Part shown: piece after piece, positions 47,605 through 56,820 of the stretch | Layout of the letters: every line of letters begins with the position of its first letter | How positions within the stretch are numbered: position 1 is the first letter of the stretch | IMG/VR virus record: IMGVR_UViG_3300047994_000374 | Location: 310,001 to 374,000 of that record | Reading direction: 5' to 3' (one strand) | DNA: 64,000 bases | Program-made: the position numbers and the translations under genes | Notes under the pieces: generated by a model | Told to the model about the DNA's origin: nothing | The model's input: only the letters and a program-made list of their open reading frames with translations | Database searches by the model: none

Positions 47605-49688
47605 TTCTGCTCCAAAGAATCCATCTGGTTAATGTAAGTAATCATATCTTTAAGAACTGCGCCATGCATACTTTGATCGCTGACATAAGACAACATGGGG
47701 TATTTTATTTTACACTTTGCTACATATCCAGATAAATTGTATTCTGGATGATCTTTTGCATATTGAGCTAAAGTTTCATCTGTAATCTCTCCATACACAC
47801 ATTCATAAAGACGAATCATTTCATGCCCTGATCCATTTTGTCCTTTTGAATTAAAGATCAATTCATCACACTCTAAATACTTTAAATATAAACTTTCAGG
47901 GTCAGCAATTTTTAATGTCGAAAAATAATTGCGAATATACATTAATCTGTTATTTGGGAATAATCCTTTAAAGAATTGATTTTTTACAAAATCTCTTCCC
48001 TCACCAAAAACATCTCGGTCAAAAAAAGTTTTCAATGATTCGCAGTCTGAAAATGTATTTTTTATTTTATCCTTGCTAACCGTATCTAAAATTCCATAAA
48101 AAGAAATATCACCCAGCTTATTGAACAAACTTAAATGACTTACATTGATAAGACGATCATTTACTTTAATGAGCTTTATGCTGGGATTATCACTATCCAA
48201 AGTCAATTGACACAATATTTTTTTATTTTTATCTTCTTTAATTGATTTAAGGCTTGCTTGAGTAAATTTCCACCGATCAAAGTAAAAAACAACGAGACGA
48301 TCCTTTTTGGGAGCAGGCTTTGGATTCTTGGTAAAGATACTTGATAATTTTTTATGCCCCATCAAATCAAAATGAAAAGCTTGGTTCAGATCTTCAATCT
48401 TATAATCTTTATGAAGTTGAACAACATAGAGACCATCAAGTTCAGTATTTTCAAATGCTTTTTTAATATGACGATAGGTTGGTCTGTCAATATCACAATC
48501 GTTCAGGTAAATATCTGTATTTTCTTCAAATGTGATGGTTGATTTGTGATTACCACCGTATTTTGAGTGTTTGGTATTATTTCGTTTAAAGTAGTATAAG
48601 GTATTTGCACCAACCCCAAAACCACTGTCAGGAGCCATACGAGCATCATTCCAAACGAATTTTTTCCAAATGGTATCGTTAGTATTTTCAATAATATTTT
48701 TGCGAATTGTATTTAAAAGTAATGCATTTGCTTGCCAAAAAGTTGGACATGCAGAAATTTGATCTTGAATAGTTTTATTAATTTCCTCGCTCATAGTTTG
48801 AAGACGATGGATAATAATTTGTTTCGTTTGATCGTCGAAGTAAAGTTGCTCTCGACTGGCGGAAAGACTAACCTCTCCGTTCTTGAAATAAAGAATTGCA
48901 TTCCCTTTGATGTAGCGGGGTAAATTAATTTTAAATTTTGAAGTAGGATCAATATGGTAAATGTCTAATGGATATTCAATACCATCAACGATAACTTTAA
49001 CTTTTCTATTGTAGGATAATTCGGATTCAATTGCCCATGTATCCCCCTTTAAAAGAATAACCCGATCTGTCCAATTAATTGTTGTACCCTTAATGATTGG
49101 TTTAACATCCCAATATTCACAGGCTTTTCTGGTGGAATCAATGAATAAATAAAAGTCCTCTTTCTTTACGGGAATCTGAATTTCAGTTCCATTACGCTCT
49201 GTGGTTGGCTCTTGGAAAAGAAGTGCAAGCTTACCGACCTTGGTTTCATCGATATAACATGAGTAATTGTATTTTATTTTATCAAAAATGGTAATAATAT
49301 TAAACGAATCGGAATAACTAAATGGAACTTTGCTTCCCAAACCAAATGCACCACTGAGTTCATTGGTATCACGCTTTGAAGATATTCCGTATTTAATAAA
49401 AATATTTTCAATGCGATCGGGAGAAATGCCAATGCCCGTATCCTCAACCTTAAAGTAAGGCTCAAGGGTAGTGGGCAATGTAATCTTGATCGGAATTTCA
49501 GCACGCCCTGCTTCACGCATGGCATCTCGGGCATTGCAACTTACTTCCCGACAAATGGATCCGATGGGGTCTGAATACATTTTCGATCGTAAAATATCAA
49601 AAATAAAACTTTCGTCACCAATAGAAAAAGATTTGTCGCATAAATCATTATTAACTACAATAGGTAATTTGCTTTGTGGTAATTTCAT
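47601..49688 (-). CDS. rIIA-like protein with N-terminal GHKL ATPase domain
   Basis: FDILRSKMYSDPIGSICREVSCNARDA, DTGIG, GAFGLGSK, NGTEI, LSASREQL; start MKLPQ at 49688. Confidence 0.8.
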   Translation of the reverse strand: MKLPQSKLPIVVNNDLCDKSFSIGDESFIFDILRSKMYSDPIGSICREVSCNARDAMREAGRAEIPIKITLPTTLEPYFKVEDTGIGISPDRIENIFIKYGISSKRDTNELSGAFGLGSKVPFSYSDSFNIITIFDKIKYNYSCYIDETKVGKLALLFQEPTTERNGTEIQIPVKKEDFYLFIDSTRKACEYWDVKPIIKGTTINWTDRVILLKGDTWAIESELSYNRKVKVIVDGIEYPLDIYHIDPTSKFKINLPRYIKGNAILYFKNGEVSLSASREQLYFDDQTKQIIIHRLQTMSEEINKTIQDQISACPTFWQANALLLNTIRKNIIENTNDTIWKKFVWNDARMAPDSGFGVGANTLYYFKRNNTKHSKYGGNHKSTITFEENTDIYLNDCDIDRPTYRHIKKAFENTELDGLYVVQLHKDYKIEDLNQAFHFDLMGHKKLSSIFTKNPKPAPKKDRLVVFYFDRWKFTQASLKSIKEDKNKKILCQLTLDSDNPSIKLIKVNDRLINVSHLSLFNKLGDISFYGILDTVSKDKIKNTFSDCESLKTFFDRDVFGEGRDFVKNQFFKGLFPNNRLMYIRNYFSTLKIADPESLYLKYLECDELIFNSKGQNGSGHEMIRLYECVYGEITDETLAQYAKDHPEYNLSGYVAKCKIKYPMLSYVSDQSMHGAVLKDMITYINQMDSLEQK

Positions 49689-50734
49689 CCAAAAATGTGC
49701 AAGGATACCCACGGCTTTAGGCGTGGGAGGAATTGCACCCTCCGCTTTGTTATATGGATCATTTTAATCTCTTTCAAATTGACATGTTGTTTAATTCTTT
49801 TACCGTTAATTATACTATGTATCGCTACTTTGCCTTTTGATGTGCCACCAAGGTATACTAACTTGTCTTTGTATTTTATGACGCTTCCTCTGGATATACC
49901 TAAAGAAACTGTACTGCCATATGCTTTTCTTACATTACTTTTCTGGTTGTTCTGCACATGAATTTGTCTTCTATAATATTCAAGAAACTCTACCTTATAC
50001 ATCCCATAATAAGGCTTAATTTTAGATTGTAAAGCCATTTCTGCTAAACTATGGGAATCCACATTATGCGCTTCCCATACATAATCTAGCTTATTTTTAA
50101 CCTTCTTGTAGTTATGAAGATCTCGATGTTCTTTTGTAGAGTAACCTTCTGTTTTGATAAGTGTAATTTTTAATTGTTCTACTTGAGAGTAAAACCAATC
50201 CTTACCTACTTCAAGGGGAGAAAAAGAAATGTTCCATTTCTTTTTTCCTTCTTTTGATAGGGCTTTGATGTCTTCCACATTAATAATAGTAATAGGAATT
50301 ATTTTAAGAAGTTGTTTGATAATTCTTAATTTAGCTCCCCATCTTGCCCTGGTAGATGGCGGAATACGATCTATATTTCGTAGAGATGATCTGTTTTCTC
50401 GATTAGCTCTGTATGGCGTTTTTCTTTGTCTTCTTGTTCTTCTTAAATTTCTTCTTGTTTCTACATGAGTTTTAACCCAATCAGGAGTATTGGTTGTCAT
50501 ATTTAAAATGATCGCTTTACTTGTAGCTACTGTATAACCCTCTCGTTTACTTCCAGGATCGATACCTAATGCTACTTCCTGATAGTTTCTACTGGATGGT
50601 TCTGTAAGAAGCTTAATACAGAATATACCTTTTTGCCAATAAGCCTTTGCATGACCTTTGGACATAAGCTGTCTTGCTCGCTTCTCGGAGCAAGGCATCA
50701 ACGGAATATTACTTGTATCAACTACTGGAACCAT
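49685..50734 (-). CDS. isrB: IsrB RNA-guided nickase (IscB family without HNH)
   Basis: PLMP domain, GIDPG RuvC-I, RRNLRRTRR bridge helix, VED RuvC-II, HNVD RuvC-III; 349 aa, no HNH. Confidence 0.85.
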   Translation of the reverse strand: MVPVVDTSNIPLMPCSEKRARQLMSKGHAKAYWQKGIFCIKLLTEPSSRNYQEVALGIDPGSKREGYTVATSKAIILNMTTNTPDWVKTHVETRRNLRRTRRQRKTPYRANRENRSSLRNIDRIPPSTRARWGAKLRIIKQLLKIIPITIINVEDIKALSKEGKKKWNISFSPLEVGKDWFYSQVEQLKITLIKTEGYSTKEHRDLHNYKKVKNKLDYVWEAHNVDSHSLAEMALQSKIKPYYGMYKVEFLEYYRRQIHVQNNQKSNVRKAYGSTVSLGISRGSVIKYKDKLVYLGGTSKGKVAIHSIINGKRIKQHVNLKEIKMIHITKRRVQFLPRLKPWVSLHIFG

Positions 50735-51014
50735 TATTTCTTTCTTTTAATATACATCTAGAGTTCCCTTACGGGACTTGTTCAACTCGCTTCGACATAG
50801 GCAGATCGTAGAGGAGAAGGACTAGCGAAATATCCTTAACATACCTTGATCGATCCTTACCATAACGGATCAGATCTGCTTATTTAACATATCAATTTGA
50901 TTTTTTAACATCTCCTTTTCTGTTTTTGTCTAGAACAATAGTTTAGTCTTGATCAAAGCTAGTTGGTTAGATTAGCTCGCACAAGCCCACGGCTTTCAGC
51001 CGTGGGTTATTGAC
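49689..51014 (-). mobile_element. non-autonomous IS200/IS605-family IsrB (OMEGA) element
   Basis: subterminal imperfect palindromes CCCACGGCTGAAAGCCGTGGG (50986-51006) and CCCACGCCTAAAGCCGTGGG (49708-49727); no tnpA in the window. Confidence 0.85.
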
Positions 51015-51034
51015 TGTCTCAGTCGCGCTTGTTC
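50735..51034 (-). ncRNA. omegaRNA (about 280-nt scaffold plus 5' guide)
   Basis: non-coding stretch directly upstream of isrB that begins GTCAATAACCCACGGCTGAAAGCCGTGGGCTTG and has several hairpins. Confidence 0.75.
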
Positions 51035-51096
51035 ATTGAAAAGAATAGTCCAACAGATAATGCTACACATAAAATAAAGAATCCGAAACCAGTCAT
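51019..51096 (-). CDS. 25-aa single-pass membrane peptide
   Basis: MTGFGFFILCVALSVGLFFSMNKRD*; AAGGA upstream; TTGACA-N16-TATGTT promoter at 51121-51148. Confidence 0.5.
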   Translation of the reverse strand: MTGFGFFILCVALSVGLFFSMNKRD

Positions 51097-51163
51097 TGAT
51101 CACATCCTTTAGCGATCATTAACATAGTCTCGGATTTTCTATTGTCAATCCAACTTATTTATT

Positions 51164-52894
51164 TTAAGCGCGAATCTGCATTACCCTACCGAACGGCGGC
51201 GTGAAATCAATGTAGCCAGAAGTAATAATCCAATAAACATCAATACCTGGATCGCGCATATTGGCTACATCTTGCATATCCAAATAGCCATCTGTAAGAA
51301 CAATCAAAAAATCACATTTACCAATTTCTTTTTCATAATCAGCAAAGAATGGGCTCCAAATAGTTCCTCCGCGTCCCTTCGGAGTAATTTTTGATAATTC
51401 TTCTGGTTTGCAGGTTTTAATTTTTAACGCATCATTCCAATAAATTTCGGAATCGGCGCATACTAAGGTTCCTTCAGCCCTATCGTCGAGACTTTGTAGT
51501 TGAGAAATTCCAAATGCCATGTCTTCTTGACTCATGCTTCCACTTGTATCCAAAAGGCATCCGAAATTAACACTGTAGCTTTTGCGCTTTGGATTCATGA
51601 GACCTACGAACATAGGGCGACTCTTGAAACGATTCCAGTCATTACGACCATTACCGTTCTTTGCTCGTGAGACTCGTCCACGGAGAACGTCTTGCCAAGT
51701 AACTTTTGGTGCAGTTAATTTACCAAGTTCATCTTCGAGCCCAGCGGGAATGTGGCCTGCCATTTCTTTTGCGGTGCGCATAGCATCCGCGAGGCGTTTG
51801 GCAAGTTTATCTTCACTTTCTTCAGTATCCATATGTTCATCGACTGTGCCACCTCCATTGATCCCAAAAATGTCATAGCCTTCGCCACAAGAATCGCAGC
51901 TGCCACAACCTTCTCCCGGTTGATCACCTTCTTGCCCATCACCTTCGCCGTTTTCACCAGGCTGATTTCCATGGTCTGGACAATCACACTTCTCACCCTC
52001 ACCATGTTCGTGTTGATCGGATTTATCTCCGCCCTCGCCCTTATCACCTTTTTCTTTTTTGTCGCCCTTATCCCCTTTATCTCCAGCTTCGGCTTTATCG
52101 CCTTTACCCTTTGATTTATCTTTACCCTTATTTTTCTGTGGCTTTTGGTATTTACCAACACTTCCACACTTGGGGCACTTTGGAAGAAGATTATAAAGGA
52201 ACTCGTAAATCTTTTCAGGACGCTTCATATCGCCCTCAAGATCTGGATCAGCAAAAAAGAACTTAGTATTCTTTTCTCGCTTCTCAAGTTCTTGAATTTC
52301 TTTTTCGGTCAATTCACGATCTTCGTTTGGTTTTGGAAGTTTGAGCGTAGGATCTGTCGTATCAACAGCATTTGGATCGACATCTTCAAAGCCTGCAATT
52401 TTCTTGAAAGGATCTTTGAGCATTTCGGCATAATTCGCCAAGGTCATATATCGACCCAAATACTTAGTAAAATACTCTTTAGGATCCAATGATCGTGCTC
52501 TCAAGTCTTCCATAACCATGCCATTGACAATATAATCAACAGCAATGTTCCAGAGCTTCGGAAGTCGACTGCCTCTTCGTTGAGGATGCATATAGATTGC
52601 GTGCCATGCTTCGTGAGCCGCAATCAAACGCAATCCGATGGCACTTTGCTTTAAAACGAACTTTGGGTTCCAATAAAAGCGTTTTCCATCGGTTGCGGCA
52701 GTTGGCATACTTAAAGTGCAAATATGCTGAACTGGATACATCAGGCTGAAAATAAAACAATCGCCGCCCATTCCTGAGCCAACATTTGTATTATTATATC
52801 TTGTAGCCAGATCGAGAAACATTTTTGAAAGTTTCACTTCTGCAGCAGCTACAAGCTTTTCATCGACTTTACCAAGAACTTTTGAGAATTTCAT
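51164..52894 (-). CDS. DUF2201-type metallopeptidase-like + VWA domain protein
   Basis: TAATDG, HEAWH, WNIAVD; DTSGSM, GRGGT, LTDG MIDAS. Confidence 0.85.
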   Translation of the reverse strand: MKFSKVLGKVDEKLVAAAEVKLSKMFLDLATRYNNTNVGSGMGGDCFIFSLMYPVQHICTLSMPTAATDGKRFYWNPKFVLKQSAIGLRLIAAHEAWHAIYMHPQRRGSRLPKLWNIAVDYIVNGMVMEDLRARSLDPKEYFTKYLGRYMTLANYAEMLKDPFKKIAGFEDVDPNAVDTTDPTLKLPKPNEDRELTEKEIQELEKREKNTKFFFADPDLEGDMKRPEKIYEFLYNLLPKCPKCGSVGKYQKPQKNKGKDKSKGKGDKAEAGDKGDKGDKKEKGDKGEGGDKSDQHEHGEGEKCDCPDHGNQPGENGEGDGQEGDQPGEGCGSCDSCGEGYDIFGINGGGTVDEHMDTEESEDKLAKRLADAMRTAKEMAGHIPAGLEDELGKLTAPKVTWQDVLRGRVSRAKNGNGRNDWNRFKSRPMFVGLMNPKRKSYSVNFGCLLDTSGSMSQEDMAFGISQLQSLDDRAEGTLVCADSEIYWNDALKIKTCKPEELSKITPKGRGGTIWSPFFADYEKEIGKCDFLIVLTDGYLDMQDVANMRDPGIDVYWIITSGYIDFTPPFGRVMQIRA

Positions 52895-52925
52895 TTAGAT
52901 CCTATATTCTATATATCGCGAAAGA

Positions 52926-54077
52926 TTATGAGTTAGTTCCGTTAATTGAATCGTTGATATCGTTGATAAACTTCTTCCAATCAGGATGCTCATCGAGATT
53001 GTGCGTAACGATACGTTGTGGCTGAATTTGACTACGGATCGTAATCAGCAACATCTCATGATCAACATTTTGGAAAAACTTACCAACATGCTTGAGCGAC
53101 GCAGGGTGCTCAGTTGATTTTGCCGCGTCCAATTGATTTGCCAAACGGCTGCAGGTAATCATGCAAGTGACGAGTTGTTTGGTGCGCTCGAGAGCCTTAT
53201 ATTCTTGAAGGACGCTTTTTCCCTTAAAGATATCCTCAACCATTGGAAGAAGCTGACGATAGTGCTCGTAGTAATTTGCATAACGAAGACCAACAGACTT
53301 ACCAACGCAACCAGAAACCTTTGCATTGAGAAGTTCGGTGCTTGCATTCTTTTCTTCACCTTTAAAAAGAATGTTTGAAGAGCGGTGCCAACCACGAGGC
53401 GACGGATCCGCATAACGATCATCGGGATTTACTTCACCAAACAAATCTTGAGGGTGATCATAAATATAAGTGGTAATGGCAGGGTGAATATTGCCTTCCT
53501 TACCTGCCCACTCGAGCCACGACGAAGCATCTGGCGAAACCAAATACTTTTCTGCGCGGTCAAGGAGTGGAAGTGAAGGACGCGAGCCACCTTCTGAAAT
53601 CAAATTGCCCGTCATAATAACTGACTTGAGATTTGGAAGTTTATTTCCGTTGATCGTCTTAAATTGGGTGAATTCAAGAAGCGGAGCCCAAAGTGAGGGA
53701 TCTGCCTTATCAACTTCGTCAAGAAGAGCGACGACGTCTTTTGCCCCCTTTCCTTCCGTAAACATAGGCTCGTAAAACTTTGGAAGAAGATAATCAACGA
53801 ACTTCTTCTGTTGCTGTGCTGCCATTACATTTGGAAAGCCACCGAGGTCAACGCGTTCCAAAACTGAAAGATTGATATAAACCTCATGACAACCCGACTT
53901 TTTAATTTCTTGCTTTGCAATTTCCGTTTTTCCTGATCCTCGACGACCGAAGACGGCGATATTTTCTCCAAAGGTAATACTGGAGGCGATATGCTCGGAT
54001 AGTTGCTTGGTAGTAAGCTTCTCCATGTTGAAATCGGAAACTGACATCGAGGTTGAGTCATCTTTTGCTTTTGCCAT
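52926..54077 (-). CDS. MoxR-like AAA ATPase
   Basis: GRRGSGKT, LLDEVDKA, TGN, LLDR, PSPRGW; paired with the VWA gene. Confidence 0.88.
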   Translation of the reverse strand: MAKAKDDSTSMSVSDFNMEKLTTKQLSEHIASSITFGENIAVFGRRGSGKTEIAKQEIKKSGCHEVYINLSVLERVDLGGFPNVMAAQQQKKFVDYLLPKFYEPMFTEGKGAKDVVALLDEVDKADPSLWAPLLEFTQFKTINGNKLPNLKSVIMTGNLISEGGSRPSLPLLDRAEKYLVSPDASSWLEWAGKEGNIHPAITTYIYDHPQDLFGEVNPDDRYADPSPRGWHRSSNILFKGEEKNASTELLNAKVSGCVGKSVGLRYANYYEHYRQLLPMVEDIFKGKSVLQEYKALERTKQLVTCMITCSRLANQLDAAKSTEHPASLKHVGKFFQNVDHEMLLITIRSQIQPQRIVTHNLDEHPDWKKFINDINDSINGTNS

Positions 54078-54152
54078 AATTGAAAATCCCTTAATATAAA
54101 ATAGTTAATGTTGAATGTTTGTTTGCCGGGTTTGATGTCGGCGATTGGATAA

Positions 54153-54183
54153 AGTAAGTTAATCAGTTAATTTGAAGCGTCAA
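54153..54183 (-). promoter_or_regulatory. sigma70-type promoter of the AAA-VWA operon
   Basis: TTGACG-N16-TAACTT. Confidence 0.55.
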
Positions 54184-54222
54184 GCGGTAAATCTAAAATC
54201 TAAGTATTTTGTGAAAGTTTGT

Positions 54223-54489
54223 TTATAAAAAAGCTTTAACTTTTGCAAGTTTTTCTACTAAAATGATTGCGTCGGAAGGATCTGTAAATGTATCGTTTGA
54301 ATATAAACGAGCAAGCATATGGGTTGCCGTCTTTTGATATACTTCGGTTGCATTATTTTTAATAAATAAACTTTTCTTCCAAACCCTAACTTCATAGTAA
54401 ATTTTATTGGAAGAAAATCTTAAATGAAACCAATTAATAATTCCATCTTCAAGACCAAGTATTTGTGAGTCAGAACATTCGATATCTGA
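54223..54489 (-). pseudogene. tag-family reading frame without a canonical start codon
   Basis: open frame SDIECSDSQILG...WFHLRF...VEKLAKVKAFL*; in-frame stops upstream. Confidence 0.5.
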
Positions 54490-54624
54490 TTAAAGAGGCT
54501 GTCATTGGTGAAATGGGAAATCTTTTCTTTCCAATCCTTACTCAATTCGACAAAATGAAACGACAAACAAAATATTAAATAACTCACAAATACCAATAAA
54601 AATAGCATAAACTTATATTAAATC

Positions 54625-54933
54625 ATGAGCACTTCACCATCAAAATTATTAGAATTAGCCTCCGACTTTGAAGAGCAAACTACCAGCGGATTAACCTCTG
54701 TTGCTAAAAAAGATGAAAAACCTGCAGTTAAAGGTAAATTCGCCCTTCCGTCAACTCATCTTAAAGTTACTGATTCCAAAGACCATTACCCTTTAAATTC
54801 TGAAAAAGAGGGACACGCGGCTTTAACAGCAACTAAAAAACTCAATACGCTACCATCTTGGTTTAAAGGTTCGCTCGAAGAATTAAAATCAGCAGTTCAA
54901 AAAGCTGTTAAAAAAGCGTTCCCAAAACTATAA
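54625..54933 (+). CDS. hypothetical protein
   Basis: 102-aa ORF. Confidence 0.65.
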   Translation: MSTSPSKLLELASDFEEQTTSGLTSVAKKDEKPAVKGKFALPSTHLKVTDSKDHYPLNSEKEGHAALTATKKLNTLPSWFKGSLEELKSAVQKAVKKAFPKL

Positions 54934-54934
54934 A

Positions 54935-55285
54935 TTATCCCCAAACTCTTAAAAGCTTAACTTTATTTCGTATTCCTTCAATTCCAAGTTCAAATGGTAT
55001 AATTATATCTTTATATATGGTATAGTCATCTGTTTTGTTGAGATTGCGAACTAGAACGCGCTTTAAATCAATATCAACGGTTACCACATAATATAACTTA
55101 TTTATCGAAAAAGATATTCGATAACTTGTATATTTCAGTGGATTGACGAAATAAAATACATCAAATTGACAATTTTGATTCTTGCATCTCAAATATTTCT
55201 TAATACCCACTGAAGTACTATTCATAACTTTTTCTACAAGTTTTTTTCTAGATCCACAAACTGGGCATTTGTCAATGGGTGGCAT
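54935..55285 (-). CDS. small Cys-ribbon protein, tag-family-like
   Basis: CPVC...CKNQNC; ends KVKLLRVWG. Confidence 0.6.
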   Translation of the reverse strand: MPPIDKCPVCGSRKKLVEKVMNSTSVGIKKYLRCKNQNCQFDVFYFVNPLKYTSYRISFSINKLYYVVTVDIDLKRVLVRNLNKTDDYTIYKDIIIPFELGIEGIRNKVKLLRVWG

Positions 55286-55491
55286 TATTTTTTAAGTTCA
55301 GTTCGAATTGAAATACCATCAACTACTTGCGGAATTTCTTTGCGCACTTTATCGTCAATTTTTAGGGTATGAATAATAATTCCATAACCTTCATCCATAA
55401 ATCCAACCATACTATCCACATACCATGAATAATTAGAAAGTTTCATTTTTAATTTTAGTCTTGCTTGATTTGCGGCATTATAATTTGACAT
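55285..55491 (-). CDS. hypothetical protein
   Basis: 68-aa ORF. Confidence 0.6.
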   Translation of the reverse strand: MSNYNAANQARLKLKMKLSNYSWYVDSMVGFMDEGYGIIIHTLKIDDKVRKEIPQVVDGISIRTELKK

Positions 55492-55500
55492 GATATTTTC

Positions 55501-55947
55501 TCACATAAAAGCTGAAAGTTTTAAAACTTTTTCAACATTATTAATTAATCCATTTTCATAGGGTAAGTATATTTTTTCTAACACTATGGGCTTACCTATT
55601 TTATATAGGACGGTTCTTTTTTGATTCTTATTTGTCTGTGAAAGTCTTTTAGTTGAACTCAAACGATAAACTTTATCTTTAAAAATCACGTCGGAAGTGT
55701 AGGATACAATTCCTTCCCCATCTTTTATTCCATATACAATGTCGAAAGTATGGCCTATTGTATTTGGCGACTTGATTGGAGGAAATTCGCTAGAGACAAG
55801 AAACGAATCATCCTGTCCATTTACACATTCATAAATAAATCGGTTATTACCAATCTCTCGTCCAGTCAATATTAGATTACAGAGATGACAAAAAATCAGC
55901 ACCCCAAAAATTTTATAATGAATGGAAGCTAACATTTTCTTGATCAT
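55501..55947 (-). CDS. small protein, C-terminal tag family
   Basis: CHLC; ends KVLKLSAFM. Confidence 0.6.
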   Translation of the reverse strand: MIKKMLASIHYKIFGVLIFCHLCNLILTGREIGNNRFIYECVNGQDDSFLVSSEFPPIKSPNTIGHTFDIVYGIKDGEGIVSYTSDVIFKDKVYRLSSTKRLSQTNKNQKRTVLYKIGKPIVLEKIYLPYENGLINNVEKVLKLSAFM

Positions 55948-56516
55948 AAGAATGGTCGCACTTGATTTGAAACGAATTTAATAAGCTTTCCATTATGCGG
56001 TAAGAAAAAATCCTTATCTTCAGCGCATTCTTTGCAAACACCCTGTTCCGTAATAGTTATTTCGTCTTCGTCAAGTTGAATAGAATAGATGGCTTCATTT
56101 GGACAGTCTTTGATCGTATTGCATCGTCTTTTCAAATAGGCTTCATGAAATTTAGCGCTATTGGCCCAATCTCTATATTCATAAGCTTTTTGATCTTCAT
56201 CCCAAGAAATATTTTCATCTGTAGTGTAATCGGTTATTTTTGGCTTTATAACACATTGCTCAAATAATTTTCTCAAACACTTTTCGCAAAAACTAAATTT
56301 ATAGTTATTGAGATCAAATAAATGATATGAGTTATAACCACCCATAACCGAAACATCTTTTAATCCAGCTGCATCTCCATTATCAATTCCGTTGATCATT
56401 GTCATATCATCGCCGCAAAGATTGCACGGTTTTTCTTGAATTAATCCCGAATCATTACAGGTTCCGCAATAACTGCTACGCCCCTTATAATCGCAATGAC
56501 AACAAATTCGCGGCAT
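55944..56516 (-). CDS. Cys-rich hypothetical protein
   Basis: multiple CxxC pairs. Confidence 0.65.
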   Translation of the reverse strand: MPRICCHCDYKGRSSYCGTCNDSGLIQEKPCNLCGDDMTMINGIDNGDAAGLKDVSVMGGYNSYHLFDLNNYKFSFCEKCLRKLFEQCVIKPKITDYTTDENISWDEDQKAYEYRDWANSAKFHEAYLKRRCNTIKDCPNEAIYSIQLDEDEITITEQGVCKECAEDKDFFLPHNGKLIKFVSNQVRPFL

Positions 56517-56517
56517 A

Positions 56518-56820
56518 TTATTCCTGAAACAACTTATTAATAATTCCGTCCATGATCATTCCAATTGTCCCGCCCATCAAAATCCACAGAACTAAAGATT
56601 GAATCTGAAAAACTTGACCGGATAGAAAATAAACAATCCATCCCGCATGACAACCGACACAAAATACGCACTCAAACAACCCAAAGAAGAATGTTCCGAC
56701 AAGGCTATTTCGAATTAAGGTATTGCGAGCCCATGATAAAACACCGAAGGGTCCAGAATTATCTTTGAGTAAATGAGTAATGCCGTAGATTGAGAATAAG
56801 ATGAGAAGTGTCTGAAACAT
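56518..56820 (-). CDS. membrane protein, DUF1360-like
   Basis: hydrophobic; GPF...R, LFECVFCVGCH. Confidence 0.6.
   Translation of the reverse strand: MFQTLLILFSIYGITHLLKDNSGPFGVLSWARNTLIRNSLVGTFFFGLFECVFCVGCHAGWIVYFLSGQVFQIQSLVLWILMGGTIGMIMDGIINKLFQE

Noticed and set aside
49685-50734. IscB, Cas9 or TnpB
   Set aside because: No HNH domain, only 349 aa, and an N-terminal PLMP domain with split RuvC; this fits IsrB.
52030-52130. Tandem DNA repeat
   Set aside because: Explained by the GDK-rich low-complexity protein linker.
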